Positions 1 through 10,162 are shown, numbered from the stretch's first letter. The stretch: DNA of 64,000 nucleotides from Candidatus Binatia bacterium (GCA_038245295.1 JBBRSP010000010.1:96001-160000); one strand, 5' to 3'. Program-made: numbers and translations. The notes: a model not told the origin generated them from the sequence alone.

Positions 1-15
1 AACACCGCCAGCCAG

Positions 16-786
16 GTGATGCCGCGCTCGGGTGTCCTCGATCCCGGCCAGGATCCGAAGCCGAACGATCCCTACATCATGAGCCATCCTTCGTTCGTCC
101 TCGAATGGAGCGACGGGCGCATCCTGCTGGTCGATGTCGGTATGACACGCGACGGCGCCACCGCCTTCGGCAGCACGCTGCAGAAGCTCGGTGGCGCCCA
201 AGCGATCGAACCACACGGCTCGACGGCCGAGCAACTCGGTCCGGCGCGCGTTCGTGTCGCCGCCGCCATCTTCACACATCTGCACTCCGACCACGTCGGC
301 GGCATCACCGAGCTCGCCGCCGATCGCGGCCGGCCGCTGCTGGTGTTCCAGACCGAGGCGCAAGCCGAGCGTCCCAACTACACGACACGCGGCGGCCTCA
401 AGCTGTTGCAACAAACGCCGAGCATCAAGCTCGAACGGCTCGGCCCCGGCCCGCTGCATGCGGTGCCCGGATTTCCCGGCGTCTTCGTCATCGCCGCCGG
501 CGGTCACACGCCGGGAAGCCAACTCGTCGTGGCGCACGTGACCGAAGAGGGTCGCACGCGCACCGTCGTCTTCGTCGGCGACATCGTCAACAACATCGAC
601 GGCATCAACAACAACATTCCGAAGCCCTATCTCTACCGCCTACTGATGGTTCCGGAAGACGATCAGCGCCAGGAAGAGCTGCGCCTCTATCTGCGCAATC
701 TGCGCGATCGCTTCGACGCGCAGCTGCTGGTCGCCCACGATCAGTTGGCGATCGAGAATAGCGGCGTCGCCAAGTGGAGCGAATAG
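16..786 (+). CDS. MBL-fold metallo-hydrolase (probably 5'-truncated by the window edge)
   Basis: THLHSDH metal-binding motif, LLVDVG, GGHTPGS, VGD and terminal H motifs. Confidence 0.85.
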   Translation: MMPRSGVLDPGQDPKPNDPYIMSHPSFVLEWSDGRILLVDVGMTRDGATAFGSTLQKLGGAQAIEPHGSTAEQLGPARVRVAAAIFTHLHSDHVGGITELAADRGRPLLVFQTEAQAERPNYTTRGGLKLLQQTPSIKLERLGPGPLHAVPGFPGVFVIAAGGHTPGSQLVVAHVTEEGRTRTVVFVGDIVNNIDGINNNIPKPYLYRLLMVPEDDQRQEELRLYLRNLRDRFDAQLLVAHDQLAIENSGVAKWSE

Positions 787-804
787 GGTCGGTGAAGGCC
801 AGGC

Positions 805-1078
805 ACTCCCTCTCCCACATCCAGCGAAGAGCCACGCGGTGGGAGAGGGTCGGGGTGAGGGCCCGCCTATGGTGCTCATCCTCGTTCTCATTCGATTCTC
901 GATGCGTTGAGGCGCCGAGTCGTTGACGAGCAGTCAGAGAACATCGAGAACAGCGCACCCAGCACCCAGAATGAGAACCGTTAATTGAGCGACTTCGATC
1001 CTAACCCTAACCCTAACCCTAACCCTCACCCTAACCCTCTCCCAGCATCGGTGAATCCGTTGGAGCCGGGAGAGAGGA
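805..1078. repeat. REP-like intergenic palindromes (CCCTCACCCCGACCCTCTCCC family) with a (CTAACC)n run at 1001-1037
   Basis: GGGAGAGGGTCGGGGTGAGGG / CCCTCACCCTAACCCTCTCCC motifs; the same family recurs at ~5951-6112, ~10349-10410 and ~58616-58690. Confidence 0.7.
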
Positions 1079-1150
1079 GGCTCTTGGTCCACAGACTTCC
1101 GGTGTCACAACGGTTCAAGGTTTAGTACAGCATGCACAGGAGAATGCTGG

Positions 1151-2038
1151 ATGGCCATCCGCCAATACTACAGTGAAGCCGTCGCCCTGACGATAGCTGC
1201 CGAGTTCGCACCCGAGTTCGCCTCGCTGCCACGCGATGTCGGGGAGTTATGTGTCATCGTTCAGGGCTTGTTGCTGCATCCGCATCTGCTCAACCTCTAC
1301 GGTGTTAGCGCCTCGCCACAGCGCCTCGAAGACTCGCACATTCGATCGGTGCGCCGGATGATCGAGCGCCTGTTGGAGATCGCCTCGCGGCCGTTGACCA
1401 GCCCGCGCGATTTCGGCGAACGCTTCATCGGCAACTGTCGCCACTTCTCGCTGCTGCTGTGTGCGATGTTACGCCACCAGGGCATCCCGGCGCGGGCCCG
1501 CTGCGGCTTCGGCGCCTACTTCAACGCGAGCTCGTTCGAGGATCATTGGGTCTGTGAATACTGGAACTATGCCGAGCAGCGCTGGGTGCTCGTCGACGCC
1601 CAGCTCGATGCCAAGCAACGCGAGTTCTTCGACATCCCGTTCGACACACTCGACGTGCCGCGCAATCAGTTCATCGTGGCCGGACAAGCCTGGCGCGCCT
1701 GCCGGCGCGGCACCGCCGATCCGCAGCGCTTCGGTATCTTCGACATGCGCGGATTCTGGATGATCCATGGCAACCTGATGCGCGACCTGGCGGCGCTCAA
1801 CCGGGTCGAGCTGCTGCCCTGGGATAGCTGGGGCGCCATGGAGGGACCCGCCGGCGAAGGCATGATTGACGTCCCCGGCGAGAATGCCGCCCTCTTTGAC
1901 GAGGTTGCCGCCCTCACTGTTGCACCCGACGTCAACTTCGGTGACTTGCGCGAGCTCTATGAGTCGGACGATCGCCTGCGTGTTCCGGCACAGGTGTTCA
2001 ACGCTCTCCACGGCCGGCTGGAGGCAGTGGATTTCTGA
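1151..2038 (+). CDS. Transglutaminase-like domain protein
   Basis: GNCRHF (Cys), GIPARARCGF, DHWVCEYW (His), WVLVDAQ (Asp) triad pattern. Confidence 0.85.
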   Translation: MAIRQYYSEAVALTIAAEFAPEFASLPRDVGELCVIVQGLLLHPHLLNLYGVSASPQRLEDSHIRSVRRMIERLLEIASRPLTSPRDFGERFIGNCRHFSLLLCAMLRHQGIPARARCGFGAYFNASSFEDHWVCEYWNYAEQRWVLVDAQLDAKQREFFDIPFDTLDVPRNQFIVAGQAWRACRRGTADPQRFGIFDMRGFWMIHGNLMRDLAALNRVELLPWDSWGAMEGPAGEGMIDVPGENAALFDEVAALTVAPDVNFGDLRELYESDDRLRVPAQVFNALHGRLEAVDF

Positions 2039-2060
2039 TACGGGCGCCGCGGAGCGGCGC

Positions 2061-2111
2061 GCTCCGATCGCCGTCACCGGTGCGCTCCGATCGCCGTCAC
2101 CGGTGCGCTCC
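2061..2111. repeat. 23-bp tandem duplication GCTCCGATCGCCGTCACCGGTGC (two copies plus a partial third)
   Basis: Read directly in the intergenic sequence. Confidence 0.9.
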
Positions 2112-2213
2112 GCTCCGCGGCGCCCATCCGACCAACCGCTCAACCCCCAAGGCGACCGATCGCGCCGCGCCGTTTGGCCTGCCGCGGCGAGCGTGGTAAG
2201 CGCTCGGCCTCAC

Positions 2214-3749
2214 ATGCGTACGTATACGTCTTGGATCCTCGGGCTCGCGGCTCTGGCACTCGTGTCGGGCTGCGGAGAAGATACAGCTCAGCCGGCCACC
2301 GGCGATGCGGCGGCCATTCCCGCTCTCGGCCCGTGGAGCAACGGCGTCAAGATTCCCGCCGCGCCGCAAGGCACCGGCAATGCCCAACGCGGCTGGGAGA
2401 CGTTGGTGCAGGGCGACTACATGACGTGCGGCATTCCCGCCAAGTTGTGGCAGATCGGCGCCTTCCAGGGATTCATCTCGACCGGCCTCGGCGGATCCAA
2501 AGACGCGCCGCGCATCGCCAACCGCAACGACAACAACAAAGACCTGCCCTATTTCCTCAATCGCTTCACGTCGCCCGAGGACGGCAGCGATGTGATGAAC
2601 GCCAACTGTCTGCTGTGCCACGGCGGCCGCTTCGACGGCGAGCTCGTCGTCGGGCTCGGCAATCCCGAAGTCGACTTCACCGGCGGCGCCGGCAACGGCT
2701 CCGGCGGCAGTCCGCTCACCGATCAACTGCTCGACGCCTTCGGCCTCAATGCGCTCGAGAAGGCCCAGCTGCGCAAGGTCTTCCAGCGCGCCGACGTGCT
2801 CGGCCCGCGAACGTCGATGCGCACGATCGGCATGAACCCGGCCGAGATGTTCGCCGTGATCCTGATGGTCCATCACGACCGCGACACCTTGGCATGGAGC
2901 GATGCCGAGTTCATTCCATTGAAGGTGAAAGACGAGAACGGCGACGAGATTCCCAACGCCATCGTCACTTCCGACCCGCCGCCGTGGTGGCGCGCCCACA
3001 AGAAGAACGGCCTATTCTACAATGGCATGGCACGCGGCGATCACCGCGGCACGATGGCGGTCGCGACTTCCGTGTGCGTCGATAACGTCGACCGCGCCAA
3101 GCAGGTCGACGAGCTATTCAAAGACATCAACGCCTTCATCAGCAGCCTGCGCGCCCCCCAATACAAGCGGCCGATCAACACGGCCCTGGCCGAGACAGGG
3201 CATGGACTGTTCGTGCAAAACTGCGCCGGCTGTCACGGCACCTACGCCGAGCGCGACGAAGACGAATGGTATCCGAACCTGATCATTCCGCTCGACATCA
3301 TCGGCACCGACCCGGTCGTCGCCAACGCCGGCGTCGTACACGCCCCCGAGCTCGTGACCTGGTACAACAATTCGTTCTACGGCAAGGTCACGCCGCTGCT
3401 GCCGAACGACCCCTTCGTGGGATACACGCCGCCGCCGCTGGACGGCATCTGGGCCACCGCGCCGTATCTGCACAACGGCTCGGTGCCGACGATCGACCTG
3501 GTGCTCAACAGCAAGGCGCGACCGAAGTATTGGAAACGCGTCGACCTCGACAGTCGCCACTTTGACGAACAGGCGATCGGCTGGCCGTGGGTCGAAGTGC
3601 CGTACGCGCAAGCCGACGCGCCAATGGCGGAGCAGAAGTACATCTATGACACGACGTACTTCAGCCAATCCAACGAAGGCCACCAGTTCGGTGACCACCT
3701 GAGCGACAGCGAGCGGCGCGCGGTGTTGGAATATCTGAAGACGCTCTGA
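2214..3749 (+). CDS. Di-haem c-type cytochrome lipoprotein (RoxA/peroxidase-like)
   Basis: ATG at 2214 followed by a lipobox (LVSGC); CLLCH and CAGCH haem motifs; WATAPYLHNGSVPT motif. Confidence 0.8.
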   Translation: MRTYTSWILGLAALALVSGCGEDTAQPATGDAAAIPALGPWSNGVKIPAAPQGTGNAQRGWETLVQGDYMTCGIPAKLWQIGAFQGFISTGLGGSKDAPRIANRNDNNKDLPYFLNRFTSPEDGSDVMNANCLLCHGGRFDGELVVGLGNPEVDFTGGAGNGSGGSPLTDQLLDAFGLNALEKAQLRKVFQRADVLGPRTSMRTIGMNPAEMFAVILMVHHDRDTLAWSDAEFIPLKVKDENGDEIPNAIVTSDPPPWWRAHKKNGLFYNGMARGDHRGTMAVATSVCVDNVDRAKQVDELFKDINAFISSLRAPQYKRPINTALAETGHGLFVQNCAGCHGTYAERDEDEWYPNLIIPLDIIGTDPVVANAGVVHAPELVTWYNNSFYGKVTPLLPNDPFVGYTPPPLDGIWATAPYLHNGSVPTIDLVLNSKARPKYWKRVDLDSRHFDEQAIGWPWVEVPYAQADAPMAEQKYIYDTTYFSQSNEGHQFGDHLSDSERRAVLEYLKTL

Positions 3750-3902
3750 GCGGCGTCTGCACAATTGCGGAGCGCGCCACTCCGTGGCGCCCTATGGCGG
3801 AATCCACACCCTTCACCAGATGCGCACCGCAGCGGCCCGGTCGACTTGACCGCAGCCAGCTGATACGTCGCCGCCACCGATTCTTTGGTGGAGGTACAAC
3901 GC

Positions 3903-5891
3903 ATGCGCCGAATGCAGCGAGGAATGATTGTCGCCCTGACGTTGACGGCCGCGTGCCAGACGCCGGTCGCGGCTCCCAAATCAGCACCGGGTGCCGACGC
4001 CGCCGGCTTCACCGCGCCAAGCCAGCACACCCGGGACGCCATTGCCGAGCTCACCAAGGATCTGGCGCTGGCTGATCAGCAGGATTTCGAAGACGTCAAA
4101 CACGGCTTGATCGAAACCGACCCGAATCTGGTGATCAAGACGGCCGACGGAACGCCAAGCTGGGACCTCGCCGCCTACTCGTTCGTCCAGGGCCAGGCAC
4201 CCGACAGCGTCAACCCGAGTCTATGGCGCCAGGCGCAGCTCAATGGCGTGAGCGGACTCTTCCAGGTAGCCGAGGGGATCTATCAGGTACGCGGTTACGA
4301 CATCTCCAACATGAGCTGGATTCGCGGCCATGAGGGCTGGATCATCGTCGACCCGCTCACTAGCGAGGAGAACGCCGCGGCTGCCGTGCAGTTGGCGCGC
4401 AAGCATCTCGGCAACGACCCGATCACGGCGGTCATCTTCACGCATAGCCACGCCGACCACTTCGGCGGCGTCAACGCCGTCTTGCCAACCGACGCGGCGG
4501 CACGCGCCAAGGTACGCATCATCGCGCCGCGGCGTTTCATGGAAGAGTCGACCAGCGAGAATGTTATGGCCGGCTTGGCGATGGGTCGCCGCGGCTCGTT
4601 CATGTTCGGTATCAACCTGCCGCGCACCGCGCGCGGCCACGTCGACACCGGCCTCGGCAAAGGTATCCAGCGCGGCAGGGTTGGGATCGCCGCACCGACC
4701 GAGATCATCGATCATACGTCGCAAACGCTGGACATCGATGGTGTGCACTTCGTCTTCCAATTCACGCCCGACGCCGAGGCGCCGGCCGAGATGACCTTTT
4801 ACATCCCCGAGCACAAAGCCTTCTGCGGCGCCGAGGTGGTGACGCACACCCTGCACAACGTTTACACCCTGCGCGGCGCCAAGGTGCGCGATGCGCTCAA
4901 GTGGAGCGGCTACATCGACGAGGCCATCGGTTTGTTCCCCGACGTGGAAGTGGTCTTCGCCAGTCACAACTGGCCCGTCTGGGGCAATGCCCGAGTAATC
5001 CAGTACCTCAAGGGACAACGCGACACCTACAAGTACATCCACGATCAGACCTTGCGGCTCGCCAACCTCGGCTTGACGCCACGCGAGATCGCCGAGCAGG
5101 TCGAGCTACCACCCTCCCTCGCCAAACAATTCGCCAATCGCGGGTACTACGGTACCGTGCGTCACAACGTAAAGGCGGTCTATCAACTCTACTTCGGCTG
5201 GTACGACTCCAACCCCGCCAATCTCGATCCGCTGCCGCCCGTCGACGAGGGCAAGAAATACGTCGAAGCAATGGGCGGTGCCGCCGAGGTGAAAAAGAAG
5301 GCGCACGAGGCATCGGAGCGCGGCGACTACCGCTGGGCGGCGACGCTGCTCGACCACCTGGTGTTCGCGGCACCGGAGGATGCCGAGGCGCGCGGCCAGC
5401 TTGCCGATGTGTATGATCAGCTCGGCTATCGCGCCGAATCGGGTCCATGGCGTGACGAATACCTCACGGGGGCTCTGGAGCTACGTCGCGGCATTCAAGG
5501 CACACCGATCTCACTGGGCGCGACCGCCGGACTGCTTCAAAATATTCCCGTCGAAAATTTCTTCACCGCCATGGCGACGCTCCTCAACGGCCCAAAGGCC
5601 GTCGGCCAGGAGAAAATCATCAACTTCGTCTTCACCGATCTCGGCGAAACACACGTGCTGAGTTTGGAGAACGCCGTCTTGCACCACCACAAAGGCGAGG
5701 CCGACCCAAAAGCCAATGCGACAGTGCGCCTGACGCACGACTTCTTCCTCAAGATGGTGACGGGACAGGCCGGGCTACGCGAGATGATCTTCTCGGACGA
5801 TCTAAAAGTCGATGGCAGCCGGCTGGATGTGTTGTCGTTCTTGTCGCTGTTCCAGAAGGCGGACGGTCAGTTCGCAATCGTGACGCCGTAG
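3903..5891 (+). CDS. Alkyl/aryl sulfatase (SdsA1/BDS1 family), with MBL, dimerisation and SCP2-like domains
   Basis: THSHADHFGG, VNPSLWRQAQLN, QVRGYDISN, RGYYGT, GWYDSNPANL; lipoprotein-like N-terminus; exact start uncertain (3885-3924). Confidence 0.9.
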   Translation: MRRMQRGMIVALTLTAACQTPVAAPKSAPGADAAGFTAPSQHTRDAIAELTKDLALADQQDFEDVKHGLIETDPNLVIKTADGTPSWDLAAYSFVQGQAPDSVNPSLWRQAQLNGVSGLFQVAEGIYQVRGYDISNMSWIRGHEGWIIVDPLTSEENAAAAVQLARKHLGNDPITAVIFTHSHADHFGGVNAVLPTDAAARAKVRIIAPRRFMEESTSENVMAGLAMGRRGSFMFGINLPRTARGHVDTGLGKGIQRGRVGIAAPTEIIDHTSQTLDIDGVHFVFQFTPDAEAPAEMTFYIPEHKAFCGAEVVTHTLHNVYTLRGAKVRDALKWSGYIDEAIGLFPDVEVVFASHNWPVWGNARVIQYLKGQRDTYKYIHDQTLRLANLGLTPREIAEQVELPPSLAKQFANRGYYGTVRHNVKAVYQLYFGWYDSNPANLDPLPPVDEGKKYVEAMGGAAEVKKKAHEASERGDYRWAATLLDHLVFAAPEDAEARGQLADVYDQLGYRAESGPWRDEYLTGALELRRGIQGTPISLGATAGLLQNIPVENFFTAMATLLNGPKAVGQEKIINFVFTDLGETHVLSLENAVLHHHKGEADPKANATVRLTHDFFLKMVTGQAGLREMIFSDDLKVDGSRLDVLSFLSLFQKADGQFAIVTP

Positions 5892-6234
5892 GCTCGCACG
5901 GCTGCAGGGTGCGGGGATGGTTCTCATTCTAGATGCGAGGCCTTGAGCGCCCCCTCCCACTTCGAGCGGTATCGAAGGGCGTGAGAGAGGGTCGGGGTGA
6001 GGGCCCGCATCGGTTACCTATGTCCCCGACTGCACCCGGCCTGACTCCCCAGATTCGACCCTCACCCTAACCCTCGCCCAGCTGTTGCCGGACCGTTCGA
6101 GCTGGGAGAGGGAACTACTGGTATCCGCTCATGCGCACGGGCAGGAGGAAGCATCGTTTCAGCGACCGTCTCGAAGGGCGGTCTCGAATTGCCATGCAAA
6201 GCCCCACACCCCGAACCCTCCGAAAACTCCTGCG

Positions 6235-7179
6235 TTACAGAGCTGGCAAACTCCGCAGCTCGCGCGGCAAGGGGAACACGACATCTTCTTCCGCCGTCAC
6301 CAGATCTTGAACTGTCCCGAAGCCTAGGCCTTGCAACCGTGTGAGCGTTTCTTGCACGAGGCGCTCGGGCGTCGATGCGCCGGCGCTCAGGCCAACAGAC
6401 GGCATGTCAGCGAGCCATGTCGGATCAATGTCGTCGGCGCTCTCGATCAAACGCGCCGGCGTGTCTTCGTTGCGCGCCACCTCAACAAGACGGTTGGCGT
6501 TACTCGATGTCGGAGACCCGAGAATCAAAACGAAACGGCTGGCGCGCGCCAGCGACTTCACCGCCACCTGACGATTCTGCGTGGCGTAACAGATGTCATC
6601 GTTCGGCGGCGTGCGGGCGGCCGGGAAACGGGCACGAATCGCTTCGATGATGTCGCGCGTATCGTCGACGCTCAGCGTCGTCTGCGTCACCACCGCCACG
6701 TGCTGCGGGTCACGAATCCGCAGCGTCGCAACCTCGTCAGCCGTCTCAACGATATGCATGCGATCCGGCGCATGACCGAGAGTCCCTTCGACTTCGACAT
6801 GGCCGCGGTGGCCGATCAAGATGATTTCCGAATTCTCGCGCGCATGTTTGAGGACCTGCAGATGCACCTTGGTCACCAGCGGGCACGTCGCGTCGATCAC
6901 CCGTAGATCACGCCGTCGCGCTTCCTCACGCACCTGCGGCGATACACCGTGGGCGCTGAAGATCAGCAAGCTACCGGAGGGAACGTCAGCAAGGTCATCG
7001 ACAAAAACTGCCCCCTTGGCGCGCAGATCCTCGACGACGTGGCGGTTGTGAACGATCTCGTGGCGCACATAAACCGGCGGGCCGTAGTGCTCGAGAACCA
7101 GATTGACGATGTCGATGGCGTACGAAACGCCGGCACAGAAGCCGCGCGGGCTGGCGACGAAGATGGTGCGGTCAGCCAT
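6235..7179 (-). CDS. ispH: 4-hydroxy-3-methylbut-2-enyl diphosphate reductase
   Basis: PRGFCAGV, HEIVHN, SAHGV, DATCPLV, ICYATQNRQ, SSN, AGASTP motifs. Confidence 0.97.
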   Translation of the reverse strand: MADRTIFVASPRGFCAGVSYAIDIVNLVLEHYGPPVYVRHEIVHNRHVVEDLRAKGAVFVDDLADVPSGSLLIFSAHGVSPQVREEARRRDLRVIDATCPLVTKVHLQVLKHARENSEIILIGHRGHVEVEGTLGHAPDRMHIVETADEVATLRIRDPQHVAVVTQTTLSVDDTRDIIEAIRARFPAARTPPNDDICYATQNRQVAVKSLARASRFVLILGSPTSSNANRLVEVARNEDTPARLIESADDIDPTWLADMPSVGLSAGASTPERLVQETLTRLQGLGFGTVQDLVTAEEDVVFPLPRELRSLPAL

Positions 7180-7354
7180 GGGGGCCTACGTCGCATGCCG
7201 AACCGCGACGGGCAAGCGTGGCGCGTGGATCAATAGGAGCGCCGGATCTGGCCGCGACGGCAGGTGCAACGGCGACGCAGTGGATGTCCACCATTTACCC
7301 CAGTTCGTTGCCAATCCACGTCAGCACACATTCGTTCCACCGGAGGACTAACTC

Positions 7355-7678
7355 ATGGCAAAAAAGAAGAGCACCTCGGCGGCTCTCGAGTATGCGCACC
7401 GCCGTTTCTTTGCCGGGAAGCCGGAGCGCCTGGTCGAGCTCGAAGAGGCTCGCGCCAGCGCGGAGGTCGCCCGCAAGGTGTACGACCTGCGGAGCAAAGC
7501 GAAACTGACGCAGAAGGAGCTGGCCAAGCGCGTTGGGACAACGGCGTCAGTCATCTCCAGGCTCGAAGACGACGACTACCAAGGACACTCCCTGGTCATG
7601 CTGCGCCGCATCGCCACAGCGCTCAACAAGCGGGTGGAGATTCGTTTTGTGGCAGTCAAGAACCGGCGTGCGGCCTGA
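7355..7678 (+). CDS. XRE-family HTH antitoxin/regulator (orphan; possible toxin 3' remnant just upstream)
   Basis: LTQKELAKRVGTTASVISRLE HTH; GGAGG RBS upstream. Confidence 0.85.
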   Translation: MAKKKSTSAALEYAHRRFFAGKPERLVELEEARASAEVARKVYDLRSKAKLTQKELAKRVGTTASVISRLEDDDYQGHSLVMLRRIATALNKRVEIRFVAVKNRRAA

Positions 7679-7759
7679 GCATCGTTGGTCTGCAGCCAGG
7701 CAGCACCAGCGCGGCTCTGCGGTCAAAGGCGCGGGTCACCAGGCGGAGTGGTCCGGTGT

Positions 7760-7914
7760 CCTAGCAGGGCTCTAAGCTGAGCAGCGCAGCCGTGGATGTC
7801 ACCGACCGCATAAACGCGAACATCATCTGGGGTCTTGGCGACAACGCGCCGTCGCCGAAGACCACGGGTTAGGGTCGAGAGCAAACCCGGCCCATCGGGA
7901 TGATTCTCGATCAC
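7760..7914 (-). pseudogene. N-terminal fragment of a metallophosphoesterase
   Basis: VRVYAVGDIHG motif, then similarity to the family is lost. Confidence 0.55.
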
Positions 7915-8034
7915 GCGGCGCTCATGGTTCGTCTTTGGGTTCGGCTGATCGAATGCCTTTGATCGCGTTTCATCCCGTCTATCCTGTTCGTCCTGTTGGC
8001 AGACTCTGTTGGTGGTGAAGTTTTGGCTCCAGGT

Positions 8035-8202
8035 TCACCGATACCGTTCGCGGAAGAGACGTACGACATCGCGCAACGGATCGTCCAGGCGGGCGAGTGT
8101 CTCGCTCTCGATCTGCGCCGGCACGCCGCCGTAGAACGCCTCCGCCACTGATCCGGCGATGCAGGTCAGCGTGTCGCTATCGCCACCCAGGGAGATGCCC
8201 AG
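8035..8202 (-). pseudogene. 3' fragment of an ADP-ribosylglycohydrolase (near-copy of the 3' end of 17436-18218)
   Basis: Translates GISLGGDSDTLTCIAGSVAEAFYGGVPAQIESETLARLDDPLRDVV; nucleotide sequence closely matches ~17455-17618. Confidence 0.85.
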
Positions 8203-8290
8203 ATTGCAAAATGGGGGTCATCCCCTTTTCTCAGCTCAGAAGTTGATCGCCGGCGCGCTCGCGTGATCCGCCGCACAGGCGCTCAGCTCA

Positions 8291-8365
8291 CCGCAGGCTG
8301 AAGCCTGCGCCTACCACGCTGAACACTGTCGAATTGAACCGGTAGGCGCAGGCTTCAGCCTGCGG
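8291..8365. repeat. REP-like doublet with a perfect 25-bp inverted repeat (CCGCAGGCTGAAGCCTGCGCCTACC)
   Basis: Arms at 8291-8315 and 8341-8365; second copy at 63323-63400. Confidence 0.85.
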
Positions 8366-8760
8366 AGTGCTCCAATACGGAATTACCATGCAAACCGCGC
8401 CAGGGCTGACTTACGGTGTGATCGCTTTGAACTTCGTAGTGTCGTTCTTCCTGGGTGCTCAATGTGTCGAAGAGCTGCTTGCGAGCTGATTCGCGGTTAG
8501 GCCATACACCGGTCGGCTCAACGCTTCACCACAACCATTCATCTCATCCGCTGGGTTGGTACGCAGAGCGGTAAGCCTGAGCCTCTTGCCTCCGCCCGAG
8601 CCTTCTCAAAGGCTCAGGCAGGGCGTAGGCTGAGGATGAACGGTCGCACCTGGACTTCCTCCTTCGCCTTCACCAACGATCCAGTCGGCTTCGGAGGACG
8701 AGCCGGCGATGCGTACCCAAAATGGCAGGAGAGCCAAATGACCAAATGGCAAAATGAAAA

Positions 8761-8803
8761 TGGTCGCACGTGGACTCGAACCACGGACCTCCTGCATGTG
8801 AGG
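8761..8803 (-). mobile_element. att-like direct repeat: 3' half of tRNA-Val, distal boundary of the island
   Basis: 41/43 identical to 58391-58433, same orientation. Confidence 0.9.
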
Positions 8804-9115
8804 AGCCCCGGGCGAAAGTCCGTCGGCGTCCGCCAAAGCCCTAAGTTGTTCGCCTGATTGACGAATCGCCGAATGGCGACTTTCCGTCGTTGTGCGCCAA
8901 AATCCAGGGTTTTCCAACCCATTGGCTACAGTTAGGCTACAAAATATCGCTCCGCGATACGACGTCACCAGATGCCCAGTCGCTGACGACGTGACGAATG
9001 ATCGTCTGTAATCCAATGCCGCTGATTACTCTTGCTCGGATCAACAAGTGGTGGAGGTGGGCACCAGCGAGCGGTTGGCGAAGCGATCCAACCTGGCTTC
9101 GGCCAAGGCCCTCTC

Positions 9116-9466
9116 TCAGTGCACGATTACCGAGTTGCGAGTGAGCTCAACAAAGCGACTTGTCTCGAAACCTTCGACGATGGCGTCGAGGTTGGCCATG
9201 AGAAGGCGAAGCAGGCTCGGGTTGTCGATGTTCCCTGTAGAGATCAGAAGCAGACTCTTGGGTTCTGCCAAAAGGAGAAACGTGTTGACGAAATCGGCGT
9301 CCTTAGTGACCACGACGCGCTGGTCGCGATCTGCGATCGAGCAGATCTCTCGGTCGGTGGTCCGGTTTCCCAGGGGCAGATCGAGTGTATGGTTGGCGTC
9401 GTGGCCCGCGTCACGAAGGGCGTGCACAAATTGGTAGGGCAGTTGAGCGTCGACGAGGAACTTCAC
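9116..9466 (-). CDS. DUF5615 PIN-like toxin
   Basis: MKFLVDAQLP...TDREI...VVVTKDADF pattern; overlaps the DUF433 stop codon. Confidence 0.85.
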   Translation of the reverse strand: MKFLVDAQLPYQFVHALRDAGHDANHTLDLPLGNRTTDREICSIADRDQRVVVTKDADFVNTFLLLAEPKSLLLISTGNIDNPSLLRLLMANLDAIVEGFETSRFVELTRNSVIVH

Positions 9467-9690
9467 GCCACCACGTGATCAATGCGTTTGACCTGACTCA
9501 GACGAGCCGCGAAGTCGAGCGCCGCGAGGATGTCATCGCGCTCGAGGTCGGCGTAGTCGGCGAGGATCTCCTCGACACTCATTCCGGCGCTGAGGAGTTC
9601 GAGTAAGACTTCGACCGGATAGCGAAGGCCGCGTATGCACGGCTTGCCGTGACAGATGGAAGGATCGATGGTGATTCGCTCGACAGCCAT
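9463..9690 (-). CDS. DUF433 antitoxin
   Basis: RITIDPSICHGKPCIRGLRYPV...EEILADYADL; GAGGAG RBS before ATG at 9690. Confidence 0.9.
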   Translation of the reverse strand: MAVERITIDPSICHGKPCIRGLRYPVEVLLELLSAGMSVEEILADYADLERDDILAALDFAARLSQVKRIDHVVA

Positions 9691-9823
9691 ATGGATCTCC
9701 TCTCGGCGCGTCCACGACAGTTGCCTACCCACCGAACGCCGTCAAGCTTGATGCTACCGCTGATGCTGCTGCATTCATACGACAGCACAAGGATCGCTCA
9801 GCATCCAGCTCAAGAGGGCGGCG

Positions 9824-10162
9824 CTAAGCGGCCATCTCACTCTCATGTGTCAGGCCGGACGGCTCCAAACCCGATTCCCGGCGCGCGTACCAATCGCCGA
9901 TGTTCTCCCGCTCCGACGCTTCCCAAAACAGCGGCGCGAGCTCGATCTGATCCTGGCCGAACTGGATCCACGTGTCGGGGCGATCATCCATTTGCAGGTG
10001 GGTCGTGCACCACAGCTTGCCCGCCGCTTGTTCAGGTCGCCCGACCTTGGTCCACAGCGAGGCCCAGGTGCGTCCTTTGCGACTCACCACGAAGCCGAGC
10101 TGCCAGAGGTCTTCGTTCGGTTGCTCGATGTCAGAGAAGAGCGGTGGCCTGGACAGCATCAT
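9824..10162 (-). CDS. Hypothetical protein
   Basis: 112-aa ORF with GGGGAA upstream; no recognised motif. Confidence 0.4.
   Translation of the reverse strand: MMLSRPPLFSDIEQPNEDLWQLGFVVSRKGRTWASLWTKVGRPEQAAGKLWCTTHLQMDDRPDTWIQFGQDQIELAPLFWEASERENIGDWYARRESGLEPSGLTHESEMAA

Noticed and set aside
1001..1037. Eukaryotic telomere contamination
   Set aside because: Only a few units, embedded in a bacterial REP motif between normal bacterial genes.
1866..2213. N-terminal extension of the cytochrome c ORF
   Set aside because: Overlaps the previous gene and crosses an intergenic tandem repeat; the signal peptide starts at 2214.
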